Virus record (IMG/VR): IMGVR_UViG_3300021197_001844
Direction: 5' to 3' (one strand)
DNA from: an uncultured virus (IMG/VR IMGVR_UViG_3300021197_001844)
Lineage: Duplodnaviria; Heunggongvirae; Uroviricota; Caudoviricetes
DNA length: 64,000 bases
Below are positions 38,401 to 47,300 of this stretch, piece by piece (position 1 is the stretch's first letter; every line of letters begins with the position of its first letter). Made by a program: the position numbers and the translations under genes. The notes beneath the pieces are model-generated. The model saw only the letters and a program-made list of their open reading frames with translations. It searched no databases and was not told the DNA's origin.

Positions 38401-40142
38401 CGATATGATTTCTCAGTACCCTTCGACTTTAAAATATAATTCAAGTTATTATAGATATTTTGATATATTACGTTCTTTACTTTCTCGATGTCACCTTCAT
38501 AAATTTCATTCCTGTCCTTTCCTCGAAAGTTCTCAATAATATCAGCATCCATAAACATGTTTGGCATGACAAAGCCCCTGTCACGTAAAACATCATTTAT
38601 AACAACGTTGGGACCAAGAGAGCCAGTCTTATATGTCTTTTCACGAATCTTCAGCATTGAAGTAATTTGAGCGAACGCAGTGTCAAAATAGCTAGCTAAA
38701 ATTTGTGACAGGTGTTTTAAGTCGCTCCCAAGCAACTCGTCTTGCTCTGAGATCCAAGAAGGTAATAAATTGTAAAATAGACTGGTGTTATCATAATCCT
38801 GAAGGCTACCGGTGGCTTTATAAAATGCCTGCTGGGTTGTTACATCAGGGTGATACGAATACATTATGGGGTCTTTAAACTCTCTTTTTGCAATACCAGA
38901 TGAAACCAGCGCAGAGCCTGTGTTTCTCGCTCCAGTGACATACCCTGTCCATGTTCCATTTGCTATACGTCCCGAATAATCAAGAATTGTAGCATCCTGA
39001 TTTGTTCCGGTTATACCCTCATTAAATTTGAAATACAAGCCCAATTCTTTATTAGCATCATGGTCGTTTGTACCACCGCCGACTTGAGAGAACCAGTCTA
39101 GACCTATTTCTTGTGCATTTCTAGCTTTTTTCCAATATCTAAATTCGTCCATAGAGCCCGAAAATTTACCATCCCCACGTACAAGGCCTACGACCCCAGA
39201 GGGAGCAGTATTAAGTGCGCCTATGGTAGCACTAAGGCCCTTAGATACACCCTTTACTTCATTAATTGTGGTAGCGTTTTCTGTTCTTTTTTGTAAAGTT
39301 CCGTCTTGATAAAAACCTATTTTTGTTTTGCTGTTTTTGTTTTGGAACGTAACAGCGTAATGGTGCCATTTTCCATCTGATATCGTCATAGTTGGTGATA
39401 TTGAAGCACTAGCAGCAGCCGAGCCAGAGAACCAAGATAGGTTGAATTTCTGAGATGAGGATACGGTAAGCAACATTCGACCGTACCCGGCATCGCCCTC
39501 TGCTTCTTGATTCCAGAAATCAAACACGACTTCTTCATCAGCCAACGCATGAAAGGCATCTTTCTTTAGCCAGAATTCAACAGTGCTACCGGAAACGGGT
39601 TTGAATTCCAAGCTATCGCCCTTCTTAGCACCGTTGCTTACATCATAAATGTTCGATTTATCAAATACACTTTGAATTGGCTTGCCAGTCATTCCACCAG
39701 AAGCAGTATGTATCGAGCCAAATACGAAAACATATTCCTTTGTGCTAGCATCATTATACCCAGAAGCATGCTTAGAGCCGTCGTAGCCTTGATACCCCAA
39801 ATTTATATACCCATTTGTCCTAGGGTATAAGTTGTCAAAAATATACCTATCTAGATGCGTAGACTCTGTTTCAAATTTTATTTTTTCTGCCAGTGTCCCA
39901 TCATATGGGTAGTGATTATAAATTCTCTTAAAACCAAAATCGTAATATAATTCAGCGGAACCATATTTTGCAAAATTGGATGCGGTAGAAAAATCAATTG
40001 GAGGAACATACATCTCTTTTTGCTTTTGCTTCTCAATAACATAATCCGCAGATTCAGCCCCAAGGCTTGCACTTTGTAGGGTGTCGTGTTGTTTTTGAAA
40101 AGTTTTTATTCTTATGTCAAAGAGATCTTTAATGCTACTCAT
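32475..40142 (-). CDS. Giant LamG/concanavalin-A-domain baseplate or fibre protein
   Basis: LamG motifs 'TVEFWLK...DGKWHHYAVT...FSGSMDEFRYW' and 'STSFWI...DNWTHVAI...FYGGVDEFALW'; 'ILKSKGT' baseplate motif; internal repeats. Confidence 0.85.
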   Translation of the reverse strand: MSSIKDLFDIRIKTFQKQHDTLQSASLGAESADYVIEKQKQKEMYVPPIDFSTASNFAKYGSAELYYDFGFKRIYNHYPYDGTLAEKIKFETESTHLDRYIFDNLYPRTNGYINLGYQGYDGSKHASGYNDASTKEYVFVFGSIHTASGGMTGKPIQSVFDKSNIYDVSNGAKKGDSLEFKPVSGSTVEFWLKKDAFHALADEEVVFDFWNQEAEGDAGYGRMLLTVSSSQKFNLSWFSGSAAASASISPTMTISDGKWHHYAVTFQNKNSKTKIGFYQDGTLQKRTENATTINEVKGVSKGLSATIGALNTAPSGVVGLVRGDGKFSGSMDEFRYWKKARNAQEIGLDWFSQVGGGTNDHDANKELGLYFKFNEGITGTNQDATILDYSGRIANGTWTGYVTGARNTGSALVSSGIAKREFKDPIMYSYHPDVTTQQAFYKATGSLQDYDNTSLFYNLLPSWISEQDELLGSDLKHLSQILASYFDTAFAQITSMLKIREKTYKTGSLGPNVVINDVLRDRGFVMPNMFMDADIIENFRGKDRNEIYEGDIEKVKNVIYQNIYNNLNYILKSKGTEKSYRNLFRCAGFDTELVKVNMYCDNSTLLVEDRYEFKSVVKPVVKFNAENNMSATVYQATASSGFTYINGSEGDTEQYTSLTMETDLVLPRKLRPDERGYFYTEFLTSSIAGFHRALKTDSNNYAWHNSDANLSMFVVRDTAESKHARFILSGNVDGTSIFLTSSLYRHTYENQKWLLAARVKHESYPYAGVVAPDAHTKNYIVEFYGINTNGSYIDNGPFAVTASVSNAVGKKLLSRAKRIYAGAHRTNFTGSILHKSDIHLSQVRYWQSYIDDETLKQHAFDSTNYGSKHSLQTDSLFAVDNVQVPRGETLALHWDFGTVTTSDASGMLSFSDRSSGSVTTSNRYQYMGSIINVKHDGAGQFFPVSSKDAVDKATIYSAKRKPAEMAYSSDGVKIVGKDQEAFFQDDDRNDIYFSFEKSPYGAISDEMVNFFATVKDFSNFVGLPVNRFRDSYKQADYMKQLFFERVSNTPDPERYFGYFKWIDESISYAIEQLLPASTRTGDTIKNIVESHALERNKFREKFPFTAERVQEISGTLIGAEGSLVNWSISHAPQPQSPIPNDIHCIWQKTRRKFSEPEPQPSPIVAPGVDTIRRIINDRNINKGPKLFDLRGGSSYAGSTYAVRNTNRPYHFDAVLKNTIHSGINYFTAKRRDFVHETVHPHGPVSSYGIPVNVMVVGIGEGQGLVNQTKCDDADDPRVKIKYDFHAFLGEGTQGTTALSPLSTQNDYSHQVKGIMAFPLNFVSKSVTGGYAREVNQKYKNKLEITNLHSDTIDITNDIPMQGPFTETHVGGHQSRHVSINKFDTSLRDDETGLAPTNNIDNLYTRPEAWRILIGEHSSSTHQDGALGFVPADYGVTINVPVSDPRYGRYPDIAKKKATFFREEKAKRPVNIRNIKHKTDGSVVGNYKKAYEYFLFVGRQESKFYYRDNSEASLYLPEPIKTDLPHTTHVMSLISRTPSSAGNVFGFHLNSMQPDNNVLIAGTSGTPARGTFTVSGSSIPGTLASGSFVVTGASVAGAAASGSFSVYRPPIYNVATGQFTVKSKDFVVNTNELRIASPGASDDFQINAAASGHQVSTGSVPGTPANITSFYTNLQTSIRSNTIYVSTDYAETAPTYGKGVYSEAKNTTNIMAGIYASDHWGKQGAWSTSFWIHASSSVSQTNTLLYCEKTGDTSDNGTAFGHVRRITYNSTDNKIQYERLYSGSGPSPQVTIVTWSASLDSPLQLDNWTHVAIRQPALTGTSGTNAVPDVRIQINGEEELDPTPSSNGDFSDIYDIPASNLRYGLFSDGTVNSFYGGVDEFALWNVNLKTEDPDVLYNNKLYAARSAVSSSNLKLWLRCGDTWTSGDTSEDVDDSKTFNSNDILKDQTSDAQHATASMSSLGDIYLTNSIYETQGSALFTVKGNALGTGSAYEGTISNVAGASFTIVDGTISSSVNTTNAAADGHTITVGGTTFELDMSGSGTSGGNTSVAFTNNQSASTFWNTLRTSIISNTVYDTITYDVAAADAHATFHITSSTTGASLNGDITTSGASFFSVTQTAGGITQAGVVDNDTLTIGLSPTKVFRLQSDGGSSADNDVTCGFGISNVTFWNNLSASIKTATGFSAVTYTDNSNGTATFHITASAVGTASNATLSEAGSSFTSLNNLAGGTNDTDRAIDGHSVVIGGVTFELDKNSSVTDTSTLKGIDFSTSISSTNFWNSLSQSIKDNTVYDTIGVVNSDATQATFHLTSSTTGSALNVNITKTGASFYSLSGMAHGSDPVPAVYTSDTVLAIPGRNKDGDNTRSSETVVVSRFAAPGGIEIDSPAYLDVHFRERSVHNAMPYRNLTVRGRSSGEATTIRMNTHLDTRDGLRTLLARRSGKFGIDSVHGAVSSTNYNTSGAYHKQHRNTSRRYFYSGSSVVLGTRFDNASVASTLPRSEFQYSWINSSVSGSTNWLQSQNITGYAPINGTIVDRSGGNFTEVEAITFPSASEIFGV

Positions 40143-40143
40143 G

Positions 40144-42171
40144 TTATTCCACTACTCTAAATTTAAAATTGTATGGCTGTTCTTGGTACTTCTCTGTGTA
40201 CTCATCATAAAAAGCAAATTTGATAATATATTGGTATCCTGACTCATAATTGCCCATATCCAATTCAAAGTAATTACCATCGCCATCATACGACATTTCG
40301 GAGTATTTGACAGACCCAGTTCCATGTGTCTGGACTTCATAATCGTCAACAGCCCTTAAAACCCTGTATGAGCCACTCACAATAACATGGCTCTCTGGTT
40401 TTGATTTTGCTACTGAATAAATATTGGGAGACCACTTTTTCTTTCTCGTATATAATCTCAGTCTTGCTTTTTGATCATTTCGGTATTCAGGCAGCAAATT
40501 AGGCATTGACACCACATAATTCTCGTTTACTCCTAGGTGAGCAAAGGTGGTCTTTATTGGCGTAATTGCTGAACCGGTTAACAACTCTTCGTTACCATAA
40601 GACCATACATCAACCAAATAAGGGTATGTTGAATTTACAACACCACCAGTTACAGCGATGTCGACATAATATATTCCCTTTGAGTGCCTCGACGCCTGTT
40701 TGCTGGTTACAGCATCAGAGTCTGCGGGGCCAACCAAAAAGCCACGTTTAGAACCCTCCGGTACTGAGCCTGAGGAATAATAAAGTGATATAGTTGGATA
40801 TTGGTTGGATGCACCCTTTATATCAACCAGCCGACCGTTGTGTGAATTGTAAAAATATAACCGACTGAAATTATCTGAAAAGCTTTCTTTTACTGAACTG
40901 CTAATGTAGAATCGGTTTCTGTCGTCCTTTGTTGAATTATCAAATTGTGCCTCAATTGTTGGTCTTTTATAGTAATGCTCGGTCCCTCTAGCAAAAAACA
41001 TTTTTGTAAAATAAGATTTCTTGCTACCTGTTGCATTCAACAGCACTCCTGTTTTGGCATCAGCGGAGTCCACTTCATCTTTGCCAGTGGCAGTGTCAAA
41101 ATAAGGTTCATGGTCACCATGCAATTTTACAACCAGTCCATAGTTGTTTTTGTTGCCGCCTGCTGAGCCTCCTGCTATACTGCCAATCCACTGCTCCACC
41201 AACGGTGTTATATCAACATCTAAGTCCTCTGTTCCATCTGCTATCCTTTGAGTAAATGATGAAGAGGAATCTGAATAGAAATCACCGCCCGGCCTTGTCC
41301 ATTGACCGGCGCCGCCATCAAAACTAGTTTTTACAATTCCGCCATTAATGGTTACATCTGATGTATTTCCATTTGTTATTGCAGGAATTGTTGTATTCCC
41401 TCCATAGCCAGCCTCATTCTGTGTTATTGTCAAAGTATCATTTGCATTAGTATCAGTACTTAAAGTAACGGTTAATTTGCCATTGTGCCCAGCAGACCCT
41501 TCTATGGCGGTCTTTAGCAATGTTGCGTATCCACCTTGAGTCGTTGCAGTTTCTCCGGTGCCATACCATCGAACAGTGGTGCCACCCGCAGATGCGCCAT
41601 TAGCATAAGAGCCACCATACTGAAATTGATAAGTTCTTTCAGTGCCATCAGTAGACGTTAAGGTGAACGCCGGTGGAGAGCCGTCGTCTAAGCCGCCGAC
41701 GCCATTGCGTGTTCCATTAACAATCTTTATTGCCGCAGTAGCAGAGGCAGAACTATTATTTGCATTCATCCAGTTGCTTCCGGATACATCTCTTGTTAGA
41801 TCTGCATAATTCAAAGCGTCTATGCCAATACCCTCTTCCCAAGAAGCTGATAGTGCCGCAACCTCCATATCATACCCATATGGTAAGGAATAAAAATGCC
41901 TAGCATTATGAAGTTTAAATTTGAAAGTTACACTACCAGAAGCAGGAATTAAGCCTGCTGTGCGGTCTGCTGATATTTGAGATACTGGGAATTCAATCAG
42001 CGTTCTTCCAATTTCAGCACTTCCTAATGAATTTCTATTATAATAACTGTACACCTCAAGGATATCTGCTGCTCCTATGTTAGAGCCAGTATTTCTCACT
42101 GAGAGGCTTGAATCTTTAAACTTGTTGTTGATACAATTATCTTTTGTTGCAAAATATTTTTTTATAGACAT
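40144..42171 (-). CDS. Virion structural protein with inserted beta-rich domain
   Basis: 'NTGSNIGAADILEV', 'SASWEEGIG', 'W..PGGDF' and 'DLDVDITPLVEQW'; follows the gp6-like wedge gene. Confidence 0.7.
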   Translation of the reverse strand: MSIKKYFATKDNCINNKFKDSSLSVRNTGSNIGAADILEVYSYYNRNSLGSAEIGRTLIEFPVSQISADRTAGLIPASGSVTFKFKLHNARHFYSLPYGYDMEVAALSASWEEGIGIDALNYADLTRDVSGSNWMNANNSSASATAAIKIVNGTRNGVGGLDDGSPPAFTLTSTDGTERTYQFQYGGSYANGASAGGTTVRWYGTGETATTQGGYATLLKTAIEGSAGHNGKLTVTLSTDTNANDTLTITQNEAGYGGNTTIPAITNGNTSDVTINGGIVKTSFDGGAGQWTRPGGDFYSDSSSSFTQRIADGTEDLDVDITPLVEQWIGSIAGGSAGGNKNNYGLVVKLHGDHEPYFDTATGKDEVDSADAKTGVLLNATGSKKSYFTKMFFARGTEHYYKRPTIEAQFDNSTKDDRNRFYISSSVKESFSDNFSRLYFYNSHNGRLVDIKGASNQYPTISLYYSSGSVPEGSKRGFLVGPADSDAVTSKQASRHSKGIYYVDIAVTGGVVNSTYPYLVDVWSYGNEELLTGSAITPIKTTFAHLGVNENYVVSMPNLLPEYRNDQKARLRLYTRKKKWSPNIYSVAKSKPESHVIVSGSYRVLRAVDDYEVQTHGTGSVKYSEMSYDGDGNYFELDMGNYESGYQYIIKFAFYDEYTEKYQEQPYNFKFRVVE

Positions 42172-43964
42172 TAAACCACTATTCCTTTAATATCCAAGCT
42201 TGGATATTTTATTTCTAAAATACAATTCTTAGGAGTATTAAGGTATGTTCCATCTTTTGACAATATCTCAATAACCTCAACAATTCTATCTGCATATCCA
42301 CTACTACTCTTCATCTTGGCCTTTACTTTCACAGTGTCAATAACACCTCTTGTTTTATTAATCATGTTGTAAATTTCAGTCAAATAAAGCGGTTCCCCAA
42401 TATACATCTTTTCAGTAAATTTCAATTCTAGTTTTTCTTGTACTCTAGCTAAAACCTCAGTCCTGCTGAACCTACTGTCGACTACTATCTTATAATCGAA
42501 ACCTACATTAATTACTACCGGATCTTTTATGTCAATCACATCAGAAATCATTTTATTTTTATTTAACCAAGATTTAATATTATTCTTGGCAGCAGAGGGC
42601 AGATTCACCAAAGCGCCACTTTTCGCTTGACCGATAACATAGACTGCCAATCTTTTGTTTGTGCCACTTGGATCATTATATACGCATGCTCTCTTGACTA
42701 TTCCAAACGTTGGAGGCATTTGGTATATATATGCTTCATAATCTTGCTTTGTTACAATTCTGTTTTGAGAAGAGTTAATAGCATAAGAGCGATATTTAAT
42801 TTCATCGATTGTTGGTAAACTTGAATCATATACTATTTCCTCAGTGTTATAAGGCTCTAATGAGGATATGATTAGTGAATATTGGGTTGCGTAGAGGCGG
42901 TCTTCATCGTTGGGGAAGTCGACCTCAGCGCTTGTAATGGCATTAAGTCCCCCAACCCCAACACTGACATCCAGCGTGTCATTAGAGGCATACTCTACAA
43001 ATAAGGTTGTATTTTCTGGGCTTATTCCCATTTTATCTGTTGTTATTAATTTGTTAGGGTCAAAGCCATCATCAGTTATATAGTTTTTACCATTCATGTT
43101 AAGCATAACTGTGGAGGGGTCTATAATTCCATCATTTTCAAATTCGTTCTCCGCTCCACTACCAAATTGTAAATATGTACCAGTGCTATCTTGCTCTACA
43201 ACAAATCTTCTTGAAGCAACTTGTGGCTTTAAAATGGAACGAACGCCATCAGATTTTGCACTAGGGTTTGTTGTTTCAATGTAAACAATTTCTTGTGATA
43301 AGTGATTAACTTGAAAATACCGATGCCCTTCTGCGTCGAAGACGCTTATAATTTCACTAATTCCATTTGGCCCAACCCTCACTCTTTTGAAAAGCTCTTG
43401 TGCGCCAACTTCTATTTCTTCAAAGTAGCTACCACCAGATTTAACTTGCCCGCTCGCCCTTAGTGCATATTCAGTTGTGGCACCGGTGTCTGAAAACTTT
43501 GCTGAAACAACATCGACTGTGTCCAGACCATTGAAATCAATATCCTCTGTTAGTGTATAGCTGGCGCCATTTGATGACTGTAGCAGGGTACCCTTCTTAA
43601 GAACCGGTATTAATGCAGTGTTCGGGCCTAAATCACCACTTAAAGAAGGTACCAAGACAAAAACATCTACTGTTCCAAATGCTGCTGCTTTTCCATAAAA
43701 GTTATATCCCATTTGAGTTGCTATTCTTCTTATGTTCGTATACTCTAGAGCGGTTTCTAGAAAGCTTTCATTAACCTGATAATCAATATAAAACGACAAT
43801 GTGTCGCCCACATAAGATATCATATCAAATAGCATCGAACCGAAAGAGGAATTGTTAAAATCGCTATATCTATCCGGATAGTACCTTTTGGCATGCTCAA
43901 CTAGTGCTTGCTTAATAGAATCGAAATCAGTATTCGTATATTTTATAATTGGCTTTTTTGACAT
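42171..43964 (-). CDS. Baseplate wedge protein (T4 gp6 / baseplate J-like)
   Basis: 'DFDSIKQAL...YSDFN...SYVGDTLSFY...NESFLETA', 'QFGSG' and 'QNRIVTKQDYEA'. Confidence 0.92.
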   Translation of the reverse strand: MSKKPIIKYTNTDFDSIKQALVEHAKRYYPDRYSDFNNSSFGSMLFDMISYVGDTLSFYIDYQVNESFLETALEYTNIRRIATQMGYNFYGKAAAFGTVDVFVLVPSLSGDLGPNTALIPVLKKGTLLQSSNGASYTLTEDIDFNGLDTVDVVSAKFSDTGATTEYALRASGQVKSGGSYFEEIEVGAQELFKRVRVGPNGISEIISVFDAEGHRYFQVNHLSQEIVYIETTNPSAKSDGVRSILKPQVASRRFVVEQDSTGTYLQFGSGAENEFENDGIIDPSTVMLNMNGKNYITDDGFDPNKLITTDKMGISPENTTLFVEYASNDTLDVSVGVGGLNAITSAEVDFPNDEDRLYATQYSLIISSLEPYNTEEIVYDSSLPTIDEIKYRSYAINSSQNRIVTKQDYEAYIYQMPPTFGIVKRACVYNDPSGTNKRLAVYVIGQAKSGALVNLPSAAKNNIKSWLNKNKMISDVIDIKDPVVINVGFDYKIVVDSRFSRTEVLARVQEKLELKFTEKMYIGEPLYLTEIYNMINKTRGVIDTVKVKAKMKSSSGYADRIVEVIEILSKDGTYLNTPKNCILEIKYPSLDIKGIVV

Positions 43965-43977
43965 TTTTTTACCTCAA

Positions 43978-44349
43978 TTAAGTATTACTAACCTCAAGTA
44001 ATAATTCCTCCGATATGTCTATACTCGGAATTTCAAAAGATATTTTTATCGATACATAGTTCGAATCAGGTGGAGAAGTTACTGTGATTTCTTTAACGTC
44101 TATATAGCCTAAGTATTTTTGAATTGCAATATTAATATCTTTTGCAATATTATTTAGCAAGCCCCTTGTTATATTCTCGAAAAGATAAGCCCTAACACCG
44201 ACACCGTATTCTGGGTCTGATATTTTTTCGCCCGGATTTGTCAAAATTAAATTCCTCAGATGAAACAAAACAACCTGTTTTGTGCTTTCTGCTTCGGAGA
44301 ATAATGTTGTGGCGCCTAATGTTAATGGAAATTTGGGTGTATGTATCAT
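43978..44349 (-). CDS. Baseplate wedge / sheath initiator (gp25/GPW family)
   Basis: 'LRNLILTNPGEKISDPEYGVGVRAYLFE'. Confidence 0.92.
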   Translation of the reverse strand: MIHTPKFPLTLGATTLFSEAESTKQVVLFHLRNLILTNPGEKISDPEYGVGVRAYLFENITRGLLNNIAKDINIAIQKYLGYIDVKEITVTSPPDSNYVSIKISFEIPSIDISEELLLEVSNT

Positions 44350-44364
44350 ATTTGTTTACCATAA

Positions 44365-44372
44365 TAAATACT
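44365..44372 (-). promoter_or_regulatory. Candidate late promoter AGTATTTA
   Basis: In the 25-nt gap upstream of the gp25-like gene. Confidence 0.4.
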
Positions 44373-44374
44373 TG

Positions 44375-47300
44375 TTATTCTAATAATTTTTCATATTCAC
44401 TCTTACATTCTTCTCCGTTTGCATCAAAAGGGCTATCTTGGTAATTTTTACGCCACGAAAAACTAATGCCTGCTCCTTGTTTTTTCAGCCAACCAGTGAT
44501 AGAACCAAAAGCTGCTTGAATGATAGCAGCGAAATCAAATATCTCAACATCAGGGCTTTCAAAATCATCTGAGAGGTAAAAGCCGGAGAATATCTTCCTA
44601 ACTAGCATCTTAGTATCTTCAAACCTTTTTCCATCCCAAATATCTTGATCAAACTCTACAGTTGAGTCTTGTTGTTCTCCCTCGCTATCTTCAGTCTCTT
44701 TTACTCTTTCCCAACCATCTTTATATCCTATTCCGCTTTCAAAAGAAATAGAACTAAGAATTGTGGACATACTAGTTACACACTTTGGATTTAAAATGTG
44801 TTCAAATATTAATTTATATTCTTCAGACTCAACTATCTTTCTTAATAAGCAGTCAACATCCATAGGATACTCAGACTCGCCACCAGCTATCTCATAGTTA
44901 AAATCTTTAATTTTGTGATCGATCACATCGATTTCAGCAGTCGCTATTGGTAATGAAAAGTATTTTTCATAGTCCTCGGTTTTTAATGTTCCGTCGCTAT
45001 TGACGAAATTCATATAAAAGCACTTCTCAAGCGCACTCTGCGCTTTTCCAATTGTTTCAAGCGATGGTGCTGGTATGCCGGAGCCTGCTGGTAGATTAGC
45101 TACAATTCTCATGCCATACTTAACACCTATTGTGCCTCTAAGAGTCGACTTGAGATTACTTGTTCCTTGTATAACCCCTTCCGAATTCTGTGTTGGATTG
45201 TTAGAAAAATCACCAACCTCTTGAATATAGGCCGCATTAAACCACGGCTCATTTACTATTTTCAAGGGCAAGGCAATTGACCCATACTTTTCCCCGTCTA
45301 CTAAGGCCTTATCAATAAAAGCCTGTTCTTGTATCGCTGTTAGCTCTATTTTATATTCATCCATAAACCTCAAATATGCGTCAGGCTCATCGTTTTGTTC
45401 TAATATCGAAATGGGACCATGGTATATTTGTTTGCCTAAAATACTTTCTTTTCTATCGTCCTGTATAAATTTGTCTACTAGGATTCGAAAAACTTGCGCA
45501 AAATCAAATTCAAGCATCCTCTCGGCGTCTCCAAACAAGTCGCTTAAATAATACTCGCCATATTGCTCTTTAGTCCCATTTATAAAATTTTGAAAATGTT
45601 CAAGATTTACAACACCCTTAAGTGTTATATCTCTGCTTCTAAAAGGCTCAGGTAGTTTTTTACCATCCTTCATTTCCTTTTCAACTATTCTAATATATTT
45701 TTCTATTTTAAATTTAATCTTATCTGCTTCAAATTCTTCAGCGGCCGCATTCTCAAGTACCATATCAATCGCCGGATCTGGTGACCCTTCGGACGATGGC
45801 ATAAAAGAAGTTTCCACTGTAGAATCGATCACGACGTCACTAACTTCCCCGTAATCCCCTATAGATCCGAGAGCCATCCTTTCTTCATAGTCTCTGGTCC
45901 CAAAGTTTTTCAGCTTATTGTCTATGAACAAATTTGTATTAAGAATATATCTGCTAATATCAACAATATCCGGTTTAAAGTTCTTATTGAAAGCTTGGAT
46001 AATTTGTTTCAATTCAAAGTTAATTAATTCAGATAATATTACCATACACTCATCTTGCATAGAACGCACAGCCCACATGCATGACGCAAACTGCCATGAT
46101 GATTTCGAGGGGCCAAATTTTATACTGTCTCCCATCTCAACATTATCATCAGAGTATAATATTGAATCACCATATATTTGGTACGCTAGAGCACAATAAT
46201 GTGAATATTGCCTTTGAAAGTCAAAAGGATCGTGTTGTGTTCTTTCATCTCGATATCCAGTTATTATTTTCCTATATTTAGTATATTTGTAGCCTTCTTC
46301 TTGAGAAAGAAACTCATTATATATACCACCGTATTCGGCTGCTTCTTTTAAAGAGTTTCTAGGTAGAAGTTTTTCACCAGTTGAATCATCCCGTCTATTT
46401 CTGAATTCATCCTCAGTTGCAGGGTAAGGGCCATCGATACCATATATTGGGCTCTGTTTTCTTACTCTTTCGGTTCCGGTTTGTACTTTATTATATCTTG
46501 CATACCTATAGCCCATGTCACTATGACTAAGCCAGCCACCCTCAAGCGGTTCGCCTGTTTCGCTATTAACCCCTTCGACTAATTCAGAGGCGGTAGGATC
46601 ATCCATATAAGCCCCACCAGTTAAATTCTTATTGTTATAAAGTGTCTGTAATGCTTCTTCTTCAGAAAAAACTTTATCAGCGGCTGACATATACTCTTCA
46701 TAAGTTATAGGTATTGGGCCTTCCATTTCATAAATTGGTGTCTCAACCAAATTAACATCAATTGATTCTTTTTTATCAAAATCATAATAATGGCCGGGAG
46801 ATAGAAATCTCCTATTACTCCTATCGCCAAACAGCCCAGCATCACTAGTAATTCCATGAAAGCGGTTTGGGTTTCTCCACATTCCCTCTTTCCAATTATA
46901 ATGCTGCTGTAAAGATCTTATTTCTTCAAAAATCTCTTCTATGTGTTCTGGTATTGTTGGTTCGCCGTTGGCGTCTTTGTATTCAAGCTCGTCAGATTCC
47001 CACATTCTCCAATACATTTGCACAGCTTGCTCTAAGAAAGAAAGCCAATAATTTTGTTTTTCTATTTTTCTTGGGAACATTCCAACATTTGTTGTTGCTA
47101 AATCTTGTTGCACCCTTTTCGCTATCATTTGTGCAAAAGAGGAATCATAATTTTTTTCATTGTATTCTATGAAGCCCATGACTGGTAATGCGCCGATCAG
47201 GTGTTCCACAATATTAACTCTAATGACTGTTTTTATACAGCCCTCGATCATGGATCTAGATTCTCTACCTATCAGTCTGTCAAATGGTATGTGGTAAAAA

